DNA of 48,989 bases, from positions 1 through 48,989 of the forward strand of contig CALCZC010000013.1 in assembly GCA_937903605.1 (NCBI GenBank). The letters are read 5' to 3'. A model generated the notes under the pieces. It had not been told where the DNA came from. It worked only from the letters and a program-made list of their open reading frames with translations, and did no database searches. The translations under genes were made by a program, and so were the position numbers. Shown one piece after another: positions 28,394-36,826 of the stretch (position 1 is its first letter; every line of letters starts with the position of its first letter). The stretch is from an uncultured bacterium. Its GTDB lineage: Bacteria > Patescibacteriota > Patescibacteriia > Magasanikbacterales > GWA2-37-8.

Positions 28394-28442
28394 ACACAAC
28401 ATGTTGTGCCAAAATTAATAAAAATAACACAACCTGTAGAAA
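28394..28442 (+). promoter_or_regulatory. Tandem NrdR-box-like operators
   Basis: Palindrome CACAACATGTTGTG (28395-28408) and a degenerate copy ACACAACCTGTAG 33 bp downstream, upstream of nrdD. Confidence 0.65.
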
Positions 28443-28492
28443 CAATAAAAAAGCCTTAAATCTATAAAAATAATTAACTTTTTAATAAATAT

Positions 28493-30628
28493 ATGTTTGA
28501 CAAAATCAAAAAGAGGGACGGCCGAGTGGTTGATTTTGATGCCGAGAAAATAGTGTCCGCCATTGCTAAAGCCGGTCAAGCTACCGGAGAGTTTGATGAA
28601 ACAACCGCCCGTCGGCTTGCGCTTAAAGTTGTTCAATTAGCTGGCAAGATGATCCGTAAAGAAGTTCCGACCGTAGAAGATTTACAAGATATTGTCGAAG
28701 CTGTTCTCATTGATTCTACTTATACCAAAACCGCTAAATCCTACATCATCTATCGCGAGCAACACAAACAATTGCGTGAATTGACCAATCGCGCCAGCGT
28801 GGATTTGGTAGATCAGTATTTATCTCAAGCAGACTGGCAAGTGAATGAAAACAGTAACATGGCTTTTTCACTTCAAGGGTTGAACAATTATATTTCATCT
28901 GAAATCAGTAAGGTTTATTGGCTCAACAAAATTTATCCCAAAGCCATCAAAGACGCGTATCTTGATGGAGATTTTCATATTCATGATTTGAATATTTTGT
29001 CTGTATATTGTGTGGGTTGGGATTTGATGGATTTGTTAACAGAGGGTTTTACCGGTGTGGCGGGAAAAGTGGAAACCAAACCGGCTAAACATTTGCGTCC
29101 GGCTTTGGGTCAGGTGGTAAACTTTTTCTATACTTTGCAAGGTGAAGCTGCTGGAGCCCAAGCTTTTTCCAATTTTGACACTTTGCTCGCGCCGTTTATT
29201 CGTTATGATAATTTGTCTTACAAAGATGTTAAACAATGTTTGCAAGAATTTGTTTTCAACGTCAATGTGCCGACTCGCGTGGGTTTTCAAACTCCTTTTA
29301 CCAATGTGACCATGGATTTGAAAGTTCCAAGTTATTATAAAGATCAGCCAGTGATTATTGGCGGTAAACCGCAAAAAGAAACTTACGGCGAATTTCAAGC
29401 GGAAATGGATATGTTTAACAAAGCGTTTTTTGAAGTGATGATGGAAGGAGATGCCAAAGGACGCGTGTTTACTTTCCCGATTCCGACCTACAACATCACC
29501 AAAGATTTTGATTGGGATAATCCGGAACTCAAAAATCTCTGGGAAATGACCGCTAAATACGGTATTCCTTATTTCTCCAACTTTGTAAATTCCGATATGA
29601 ATCCGGAAGATGCTCGTAGTATGTGTTGTCGTTTGCGTATTGATAATCGTGAATTGCAATCTCGCGGAGGCGGACTTTTTGGCGCCAATCCGCTCACCGG
29701 TTCTATCGGGGTGGTTACTATAAATATGCCAAGATTGGGTTATACTTCTAAAACAGAAGAAGAATTCAAAGAAAAACTTGGTCGTTTGATGGATTTGGCC
29801 AAAGATAGTTTGGAAATCAAAAGAAAAATTTTGGAAACATTGACTGAAAAAAATCTTTATCCTTACGCTAAATATTATTTACGCAATATCAAAGCTCGTT
29901 TTGATCAATATTGGAAAAATCATTTTGGTACTATCGGATTAGTCGGGATGAACGAAGCGGTTAAAAACTTGTTTGGAAAAAATATTACAGAAAAAGAAGG
30001 TATGGATTTCGCTGTTCGTATAATGAATTTTATGCGCGATAGATTGCAAGTTTATCAAGAAGAAACCGGTAGTATTTATAATCTAGAAGCTACTCCGGCC
30101 GAAGGAACTTCTTTCCGTCTTGCCAGCAAAGATAAAATCAAATATCCGGAAATTATCGTAGCCAATGAAGCAGAATATCAAAAAGGAGCTCATCCTTTTT
30201 ATACCAACTCCACTCAATTGCCGGTAAATCATACGGATGATATTTTTGAAGCTATGGAATTGCAAGACAATTTGCAAACCAAATATACCGGCGGAACCGT
30301 AATGCATCTTTTTGTCGGAGAAAAAATAAACAGTGTAGAGTCGGTAAAAAATATGGTGAAGAAAATTTGTAATACTTATAAATTGCCTTACTTCACTTTC
30401 TCGCCGACGTTCTCCGTTTGTCCGAGTCACGGTTATATCGTCGGAGAACATTTTGAATGTCCGACTTGTAAAGCCAAAACCGAAGTTTATTCTCGCGTAG
30501 TTGGGTATCTCCGCCCGGTCCAACAATGGAATCACGGTAAAAAAGCGGAATTTGGTATGCGCAAAACTTTCAAAGTGCCGGTAAACGAAGAAGAGCCGAT
30601 AATGCAAACTACTTGCGCCACTTGTTAA
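28493..30628 (+). CDS. nrdD: Anaerobic (class III) ribonucleoside-triphosphate reductase with ATP cone
   Basis: IKKRDGRVVDFD ATP cone, SMCCRL, EATPAEG, CPSHG...CPTC and YSRVVGYLRPV glycyl-radical motif. Confidence 0.96.
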   Translation: MFDKIKKRDGRVVDFDAEKIVSAIAKAGQATGEFDETTARRLALKVVQLAGKMIRKEVPTVEDLQDIVEAVLIDSTYTKTAKSYIIYREQHKQLRELTNRASVDLVDQYLSQADWQVNENSNMAFSLQGLNNYISSEISKVYWLNKIYPKAIKDAYLDGDFHIHDLNILSVYCVGWDLMDLLTEGFTGVAGKVETKPAKHLRPALGQVVNFFYTLQGEAAGAQAFSNFDTLLAPFIRYDNLSYKDVKQCLQEFVFNVNVPTRVGFQTPFTNVTMDLKVPSYYKDQPVIIGGKPQKETYGEFQAEMDMFNKAFFEVMMEGDAKGRVFTFPIPTYNITKDFDWDNPELKNLWEMTAKYGIPYFSNFVNSDMNPEDARSMCCRLRIDNRELQSRGGGLFGANPLTGSIGVVTINMPRLGYTSKTEEEFKEKLGRLMDLAKDSLEIKRKILETLTEKNLYPYAKYYLRNIKARFDQYWKNHFGTIGLVGMNEAVKNLFGKNITEKEGMDFAVRIMNFMRDRLQVYQEETGSIYNLEATPAEGTSFRLASKDKIKYPEIIVANEAEYQKGAHPFYTNSTQLPVNHTDDIFEAMELQDNLQTKYTGGTVMHLFVGEKINSVESVKNMVKKICNTYKLPYFTFSPTFSVCPSHGYIVGEHFECPTCKAKTEVYSRVVGYLRPVQQWNHGKKAEFGMRKTFKVPVNEEEPIMQTTCATC

Positions 30629-30629
30629 T

Positions 30630-31319
30630 ATGAAAATAGGCGGATTGCAAAAATTCTCAATGATTGACTATCCGGATAAAATCGCTTGCATAGTTTTCAC
30701 CCAAGGTTGCAATTTTCGCTGTCCATATTGTCACAATCCGGAATTGGTAAAACCGGAAATGTTTGGGGAAAGTTTAAACGAAGAAGAATTTTTTGACTTT
30801 TTGAAAGAAAGAATGGGGAAACTGGATGCAGTGTCTATCACCGGCGGGGAACCGACACTCCAATACGATTTGATAGAGTTTATCAAAAAAATCCGCGATT
30901 TGGGATTTCTCATCAAACTGGATACCAATGGCACCAATCCGGAAATGCTCAAAGAAATCATTGATCAAAAGCTCGTAAATTATCTGGCCATGGATATCAA
31001 AGCGCCCTTCTCTAAATACGAAGAGATTACCAGAATGCCGGTAAATATAGAAAAGATCAAACAAAGCGTGGAAATGATAAAAAATTCGGGGATTGATTAT
31101 GAATTTCGCACGACTTTGGTGAAAAAACTTTTGTCTCCGGAAGATATAGAACAAATAGGCAGAGATATTGCCGGCGCGAAACAATACTTTTTGCAAAAAT
31201 TTGTTTCCACCAAAACGGTTGATGAAAAAGTTTTACACGAAGAAACCTATAGTGAAGAAGAAATGGAAAATCTAAAAGAACGATTAAAACCTTTTGTCGC
31301 AAAGTGCCTGTCGCGATAA
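30630..31319 (+). CDS. nrdG: Anaerobic RNR-activating radical SAM protein
   Basis: FTQGCNFRCPYCHNP, ITGGEPT and KLDTNG; directly after nrdD. Confidence 0.92.
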   Translation: MKIGGLQKFSMIDYPDKIACIVFTQGCNFRCPYCHNPELVKPEMFGESLNEEEFFDFLKERMGKLDAVSITGGEPTLQYDLIEFIKKIRDLGFLIKLDTNGTNPEMLKEIIDQKLVNYLAMDIKAPFSKYEEITRMPVNIEKIKQSVEMIKNSGIDYEFRTTLVKKLLSPEDIEQIGRDIAGAKQYFLQKFVSTKTVDEKVLHEETYSEEEMENLKERLKPFVAKCLSR

Positions 31320-31331
31320 AAGGGGAAAACT

Positions 31332-31366
31332 AAAAAAGCTCCAACATGCCTGTCTGGAGCTTTTTT
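31332..31366 (+). terminator. Terminator, copy 1 of a 35-bp direct repeat
   Basis: AAAAAAGCTCCAACATGCCTGTCTGGAGCTTTTTT, 30/35 identical to 32307-32341. Confidence 0.75.
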
Positions 31367-31448
31367 GTTTGGAAAAATCATTGTGTTTTTTGGTCGGAAA
31401 AGGTAAAATATGTTTATATTATTTTTACAAAATAAAAAATATAAACAT

Positions 31449-32273
31449 ATGGAGGAACCACAAAATCAGCAAATAGCTTTATTTAAAGGTAAAGAAATAA
31501 GAAAAATTCTGCACAAAAATGAATGGTGGTTTTCTATTCTTGATGTGGTAGCTGTGTTGGCGGAAACCCCGTCGCCTAAAACATATTGGTCAAAAATGAA
31601 AGATCGGGATAAAGAAATATCTCAACCGTTCCCATTTTGGGAACAGTTAAAATTAGTTGCAGAAGATGGTAAAATGCGCGAAACAGACTGTGCTGACACC
31701 GAAGGTATTTTTCGTATTATCCAATCTATTCCTAGTCCCAAAGCCGAGCCTTTTAAGCGTTGGCTGGCCAAAGTTGGTTATGAACGTGTGCAAGAAATTG
31801 AAAATCCAGAATTGGCAACCAAAAGGACTAGAATGCTCTATAAACTCAAAGGTTATAGCGAAGATTGGATAGAAAAAAGAATGCGCGGAATCGCTATCCG
31901 CGAAGAATTGACCGATGAATGGGAAAAACGTGGAGCTAAAGAGAAAAAAGATTATGAAATTTTGACCGCGGAAATATCTAAAGCAACTTTCGGAATAACA
32001 CCGAGTCAATACAAAAAACTCAAAGGTCTTAAACGAGAAAATTTGCGTGATCACATGGATGATTTCGAACTTATCTTTAATATGCTCGGTGAGAGGTCTA
32101 CAACTGAAATTCATCGCAATGAAAATTCAATTGGTGTAAAAAAATTAAAAAATGATGCGTATAGAGGTGGAAAAGTTGCCGGCAATGCCAGAAAAGAATT
32201 GGAAAAAGAATTAGGGCGATCAATCACAACAAAAAATAATTTTTTATCAAAAGCTAAAAGAAAGCGTATATAA
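31449..32273 (+). CDS. Bro-N domain protein (phage antirepressor-like)
   Basis: EIRKILHKNEWWFSILDVVAVL, RIIQSIPSPKAEPFKRWLA and LRDHM motifs. Start moved to ATG 31449. Confidence 0.88.
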   Translation: MEEPQNQQIALFKGKEIRKILHKNEWWFSILDVVAVLAETPSPKTYWSKMKDRDKEISQPFPFWEQLKLVAEDGKMRETDCADTEGIFRIIQSIPSPKAEPFKRWLAKVGYERVQEIENPELATKRTRMLYKLKGYSEDWIEKRMRGIAIREELTDEWEKRGAKEKKDYEILTAEISKATFGITPSQYKKLKGLKRENLRDHMDDFELIFNMLGERSTTEIHRNENSIGVKKLKNDAYRGGKVAGNARKELEKELGRSITTKNNFLSKAKRKRI

Positions 32274-32306
32274 TTTTGTAGTGTATTTATCTTGATTAAT
32301 AAAATT

Positions 32307-32341
32307 AAAAAAGTTCCAGTATGCTTGTCTGGGGCTTTTTT
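32307..32341 (+). terminator. Terminator, copy 2 of a 35-bp direct repeat
   Basis: AAAAAAGTTCCAGTATGCTTGTCTGGGGCTTTTTT. Confidence 0.7.
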
Positions 32342-32441
32342 AGTTTGAATAGTGAATTTTGACATTTTTAAAGTTTTTATATATACTATAAAGTCAATTA
32401 ATTTTGATACGATCTTTAACAATTTAGATAAGGAGATTAAT

Positions 32442-32990
32442 ATGGGAACAAACGAGAAAAAAGCAAATCCTGTTTTTAATGATTTAAGTAAATCAGGAAA
32501 CCAAAAGGCTGATTGCTTACACCAAAGCTTGAAGAGGTATGGTGTAAATTTTGCTACCGGCGTGCCTTGTGGAGTGTTGCGACACGTTATCAATAACTTG
32601 ATAAATGACAAGAGTATTATTCACGTAGTATCAAATCGTGAATCAGAAGCAGTTGGAATTGCAGCGGGTGCTTATCTATCAGGAAAATGTCCGGTAGTTT
32701 ACATGCAAAATTCTGGACTTTTTGCAGCTTCAAACGATATTGCTTCTCTTCTTGTTCCTTATAAGATCCCAATTTTATTTGTGGTTACTTATAGGGGCTG
32801 CGAAGGTGAAGATGCTGTCCAACATCTTGTAACTGGAAAAGCAACCGAAAAATTACTTACATCATTTGATGTTGATTTCTTTGTATATGAAAAACAGGAC
32901 ATTAATGATTTGGTTGATATGATTTTCAACCGTATGAATGAAACCAACTTACCAAACTTTTTACTTTTAAAAAGGGGGTGGAACAAATGA
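32442..32990 (+). CDS. ThDP-dependent decarboxylase alpha subunit (sulfopyruvate ComD / phosphonopyruvate decarboxylase N-half like)
   Basis: GVPCG, RESEAVGIAAGAYLSG and YMQNSG; AGGAG SD before ATG 32442. Confidence 0.85.
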   Translation: MGTNEKKANPVFNDLSKSGNQKADCLHQSLKRYGVNFATGVPCGVLRHVINNLINDKSIIHVVSNRESEAVGIAAGAYLSGKCPVVYMQNSGLFAASNDIASLLVPYKIPILFVVTYRGCEGEDAVQHLVTGKATEKLLTSFDVDFFVYEKQDINDLVDMIFNRMNETNLPNFLLLKRGWNK

Positions 32991-33556
32991 AAAGAAAAGA
33001 TGCAATTAAAACAATTTTTTCAACGATTGGTGTTTCGGATGTCACTATCTCTACAACAGGACTTATTTCGAGAGAAGTATTTTCAAAATTCGATTCTCCT
33101 AGAAATATCTATGTTCCAGGTTCAATGGGCCTGGTGTCGTCAATTGGATTGTCACTTGCTTTGTGTAATAGTAATAGAAGAGTGTTTGTAATAGACGGTG
33201 ATGCCAGTCTATTAATGAATTTTGGAAGTCTTGTAACCATAGGAGCATATAAACCGAATAATTTAATCCATATTGTTTTGGATAATAGTGCTTATGGTTC
33301 ATGCAGTGAAGAAAAATCTTTGTCATCTTCAGTAAATTTTGCTAAAATAGCTAAAGATGTAGGATTTAACACTGTTTTTGAGGTTCAAGATAAAAATGGG
33401 TTAAAAAACGCAATTGTGAGCGATTCTCCTTGCCCGATTTTTGTTCATGTGAAAATTGAGCTGGGAGGAAGACGGGATTTTTCTCGTCCACTGGACTTGC
33501 CAGGAATCAAAGAAAGATTTATGTCATTTTTACTAACTAACAATATAAGGAGATAA
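32987..33556 (+). CDS. ThDP-dependent decarboxylase beta subunit (ComE / Ppd C-half like)
   Basis: GSMGLVSSIGL and IDGDASLLMN...LDNSAYGS ThDP motif; ATGA overlap with the alpha subunit. Confidence 0.85.
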   Translation: MKRKDAIKTIFSTIGVSDVTISTTGLISREVFSKFDSPRNIYVPGSMGLVSSIGLSLALCNSNRRVFVIDGDASLLMNFGSLVTIGAYKPNNLIHIVLDNSAYGSCSEEKSLSSSVNFAKIAKDVGFNTVFEVQDKNGLKNAIVSDSPCPIFVHVKIELGGRRDFSRPLDLPGIKERFMSFLLTNNIRR

Positions 33557-33559
33557 AAT

Positions 33560-34384
33560 ATGATATTTCAAGGCGAAAAAATGTTTGATGCATCTTTTGA
33601 TATCTTTGCGAATAATTATGATGATGTTCGCCCGGGTTACCCGAAAGAGATGTATGATGATATTGCAAAAATCTGCAATCTCAGTAAATCTTCCAGTGTA
33701 ATTGAAATTGGAGCTGGCAGCGGAATTGCCACTGTTGAGTTGGCTAAAACAGGATGTAAGATTGTCGGTATTGAGCCGGGATCTAATTTGGTGGTGATAG
33801 CCAAAGAAAAAACTAAAGATTATCCAAACGTGGAAATTGTCGAGGCTATGTTTGAAGATTATGAATCTTCGAACAAGTTTGATTGCTTGATCGCTTTGAC
33901 TTCCTTTCATTGGATCAGCGAACAAACGAAATACAAAAAGGCCTATGACTTATTGAATCGCAATGGACATTTTGTCATCGTTTGGAACAGCTTTTTTCAA
34001 TCAACAGGAGAAGCGACAAAAGAAGTTAACTCCCTGTATAATGAAATGTTGTCTGATATATATCCCGAACAGAAAAATGATGTTAATTTGGGTGTATTTA
34101 ACAAATTGAATGGGCGTGAGCTGGAAATTGTCGGAAGTGATATGTTTTATCTTTACTTTCTGCGTAAATATGTCACGGTTTACAACTACGACAAAGAAAC
34201 GTATCCGATGCTTTTGAATACTTTTCCAAAAATTATTAAGATTAAAAAGGAAAGACGGGAAAAGTTTCTCAAAAGAGTGGAAAAGATTGTTGAAAAACAT
34301 GGCACACTTTCTGTTCCTGTATTAACTACATTGCTTATAACCAAGAAAAAGGACGTATTTTTTGATGAAATCAACAAGGTTTAA
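33560..34384 (+). CDS. Class I SAM-dependent methyltransferase
   Basis: YDDVRPGYP, VIEIGAGSG, GIEPG and SFHWI motifs. Confidence 0.88.
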   Translation: MIFQGEKMFDASFDIFANNYDDVRPGYPKEMYDDIAKICNLSKSSSVIEIGAGSGIATVELAKTGCKIVGIEPGSNLVVIAKEKTKDYPNVEIVEAMFEDYESSNKFDCLIALTSFHWISEQTKYKKAYDLLNRNGHFVIVWNSFFQSTGEATKEVNSLYNEMLSDIYPEQKNDVNLGVFNKLNGRELEIVGSDMFYLYFLRKYVTVYNYDKETYPMLLNTFPKIIKIKKERREKFLKRVEKIVEKHGTLSVPVLTTLLITKKKDVFFDEINKV

Positions 34385-34398
34385 AAAGGAGGTTTAGA

Positions 34399-35493
34399 AT
34401 GATAACATTGAAAAAGATATATTCTCTGGCTGAGATTTATAATGTGCCAGTGGAGGATGTTTTGTTTGTCGCATTGAATATTTACGGAGCTGCTTTTAAA
34501 TGTGATTTTAACCGCATGAGAATGGGGATACATACTATCGAACAAGAAGTATTCAAATATTCCCACTCCCTTGGCATCAAAGACTTCTATTTTGCATTGC
34601 CGATTAATGAAAGCAGCCCTTTCTCTGTTACTGACGGAAAATTGCTTTTTGATAATCAGGAAATAGCTGATGCAATTGAACCGTCCGAAGATTTTTGCGA
34701 TTCAAACTATCCAAGAAGAAACGGTACGGTTTTGAACATTAACCCAAATTCTCGCACATCTTGTCGGGGGTGCAAGTTTTGCTACACAGGCTATCAAGTG
34801 CCAAGAGATATGAAACGCATGGCTTGTGCAACGGACATAAAGGAATTTTTTGATAATTGGATGGCCGAGAAAAAATTAGTCGATCTTTCAAATCTTGTGC
34901 AGGTAGCCGTGGTTACTGGTTGTTATAATAGTAATAGCGAGCTAAGCTCATTCTTGATTTTGTTGAGGGAGATATTGAACCGATATCAATTCAAAGGCGA
35001 AATTTTCTATCTTGGCTCGCAGATTACCAATAAAGAAACACTGGAAAAGCTAAAGTCAATTCAACCTTTCTGTTACTGTGTATCTCTTGAGTGCTTTGAA
35101 AATAGAAATACACTTCTTCGTGACAAGAAAAGCAGCATGACGGTTGAATCCGCTTTTAAATTGATGGACTTTGCTAAATCCATTGATCACCGAGTAAATT
35201 TTTCCTATGTGCTTGGATTGGAGTCGCTGTTTACGGTTGAAAAATACTTTTCATTGGCAAAAAGGTTTATAAACAGCTTTCCAATTGTAAATACAATTCA
35301 GCTTCACAAATATCACAGTGCCTCGCTTCTTACGCCTGAGGCGGTAAATATCGAATATTTTTTTGAGGCCAGAAAACTGCTTGAAAGAATATTTATTGAT
35401 ACTGATATGAGGCCGAAGGAATGGGAAAACTATCGTAGTTTATGGTTTTTGAAATTTGCCGAAGAAAAACTTACAGGCATCAGAACGCCATAA
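34399..35493 (+). CDS. Radical SAM-like Fe-S protein with CX2CX2C motif
   Basis: SCRGCKFCY, VAVVTG, SLECF and FSYVLGLE; AGGAGG SD. Confidence 0.6.
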   Translation: MITLKKIYSLAEIYNVPVEDVLFVALNIYGAAFKCDFNRMRMGIHTIEQEVFKYSHSLGIKDFYFALPINESSPFSVTDGKLLFDNQEIADAIEPSEDFCDSNYPRRNGTVLNINPNSRTSCRGCKFCYTGYQVPRDMKRMACATDIKEFFDNWMAEKKLVDLSNLVQVAVVTGCYNSNSELSSFLILLREILNRYQFKGEIFYLGSQITNKETLEKLKSIQPFCYCVSLECFENRNTLLRDKKSSMTVESAFKLMDFAKSIDHRVNFSYVLGLESLFTVEKYFSLAKRFINSFPIVNTIQLHKYHSASLLTPEAVNIEYFFEARKLLERIFIDTDMRPKEWENYRSLWFLKFAEEKLTGIRTP

Positions 35494-35513
35494 TAATTAT
35501 TAATTTTAACAGT

Positions 35514-35542
35514 GAGTCGTGTATTTTAGCACGACTCTTTTT
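35514..35542 (+). terminator. Terminator between the radical SAM gene and the integrase
   Basis: GAGTCGTG-tattttag-CACGACTC followed by a T-run. Confidence 0.75.
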
Positions 35543-35555
35543 TATTTACTCCTTA

Positions 35556-36368
35556 TCAAAGAGGGCTTTTGATATTTTTGATACTGGGATTAGTCACGTG
35601 AGTATATATTTGCGTAGTGCGGATATTGGCGTGGCCCAAAAGCTCTTGTACATAACGTACATCAACGCCGTTTTCTAGTAGGTGAGTGGCGAAACTATGG
35701 CGTAAACTATGAAAGCTAGCGGGTTTTTTGATCCCTGATTTTTTCAATGCTTCTTCAAATATGGCTTGCGCGGTTCTGACGGTGAGTTTGCCACCACGAT
35801 TACTTTCAAAAAGATAATCCTCGCCGTTTCGTTCACCTGTCAAAAAATATAAATCATTTTTGATATTTTCTGGAATAACGGTTATCCTGTCTTTTTTGCC
35901 TTTGCCTTGCCTTACTTTCAAAATTAGTTCATCAAGTAAAACGTCTTTTATTTTCAAATCAACAACTTCACTCACTCGCAATCCCGCTCCATAAGCTAGA
36001 GATAATAGTAACAAATGTTTTTTATTGGTAACTTGAGATAAGATATTTTTGATTTCTTCTTTACTCAAAACTTCCGGCAAAGAATTGTTTCTTTTGGCAA
36101 ATTTTAGATCAACTCTTTGGTTATTTTTCAAAACATCATGATAGAAAAATTTTATAGCGTGTAAATACAAATTAATTGTTTGAGGAGAAAAATGCTTGTC
36201 TTGTTTTGAAAGTAAAAATTGTCTGATTTTGTCTATACTCAAAACCTCAAAATCAACTCTCAAAAAGATAAAATAATCTCTTAAACAGCCAAGATAGGAG
36301 TCAATGGTCCGAGGGCTATAATTACGTAGTCGTAACTCAATCCGAGTTTTGTCTAAAAATTCTTGCAT
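35556..36368 (-). CDS. IntI-like tyrosine recombinase (short form, no I2 insertion)
   Basis: LRLRNYSPRTIDSY N-domain; catalytic GLR, GKGKKDR, HSLRH, LLGH and TQIY; C-terminal SPL as in IntI; divergent from a cassette array. Confidence 0.92.
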   Translation of the reverse strand: MQEFLDKTRIELRLRNYSPRTIDSYLGCLRDYFIFLRVDFEVLSIDKIRQFLLSKQDKHFSPQTINLYLHAIKFFYHDVLKNNQRVDLKFAKRNNSLPEVLSKEEIKNILSQVTNKKHLLLLSLAYGAGLRVSEVVDLKIKDVLLDELILKVRQGKGKKDRITVIPENIKNDLYFLTGERNGEDYLFESNRGGKLTVRTAQAIFEEALKKSGIKKPASFHSLRHSFATHLLENGVDVRYVQELLGHANIRTTQIYTHVTNPSIKNIKSPL

Positions 36369-36473
36369 ATTTTGATAAAAAAGAGTAAAATTTGTATATA
36401 TTTATATACAACAACATTATACATAAAATTCGTAAAATATACAAATTTAGGTATATTTCACGTAGTTTTATTC

Positions 36474-36493
36474 GTATAACAACCAGTTGCGCA
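36474..36493 (+). other. Candidate attI site
   Basis: GTATAAC-AACCA-G|TT, an inverted AAC/GTT core with a 5-bp spacer, 105 bp upstream of the integrase start. The first mini-cassette begins at the G|TT. Confidence 0.6.
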
Positions 36494-36639
36494 AAATTTC
36501 GCTTCGCTCATTTTGCGCAATGTGCGGCGCATAACTGCGCCAGCTGTGCTTCGCGAAGCTTCGCACAACTGTCGCATATCCAAAATGGCGATCTGATGAC
36601 AAAGTCATCATCTCACCACTTCGGATTATGCGCCGCACA
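36487..36639 (+). mobile_element. 153-bp gene-less mini-cassette type A, copy 1
   Basis: TTGCGCAAAAT...GCCGCACA, identical to copies 2-4; inserted at G|TT. Confidence 0.9.
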
Positions 36640-36826
36640 TTATACGCAATTCAAAAAATATTTTTCTTTTAATAAGGAATTTTGACAGGCTTTTTTAAAG
36701 GGGAATAAATTTGTTTTTTTATTTATTAGAAAGGGGTATAAGGTGTTTTCTCCGCTTCGCTACGAAAACGATTTATTTATAAGGGGAAAACGAATACAAT
36801 ACAAATACCTATCACGAAAATAATTT

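Noticed and set aside
1327-31872. Numerous antisense or nested ORFs inside ychF, pil, mac, ruvB, nrdD and other genes
   Set aside because: Shadow ORFs of well-supported genes, with no motifs or initiation signals.
36522-36534. GGCGCATAA resembles the XerC arm of dif (GGTGCGCATAA)
   Set aside because: There is no 6-bp spacer plus XerD arm (TTATGTTAAAT), and type B does not keep it. At most it reflects generic tyrosine-recombinase arm similarity.
36487-36639. Classical IS/MITE explanation
   Set aside because: No target-site duplication, no terminal inverted repeats at the element's own two ends, no transposase in the window, and insertion is always at the att crossover. A genome-wide search is still needed.
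36392-36685. ORFs overlapping the mini-cassettes (also 43432..43815, 43523..43786, 43556..43744, 44665..44868, 45615..45872, 45659..45877, and the N-terminal extensions of 43776 and 44881)
   Set aside because: They arise because the GC-rich palindrome lacks stops in some frames. Starts and ends differ at each copy and no RBS is visible. A peptide from the repeat cannot be fully excluded.
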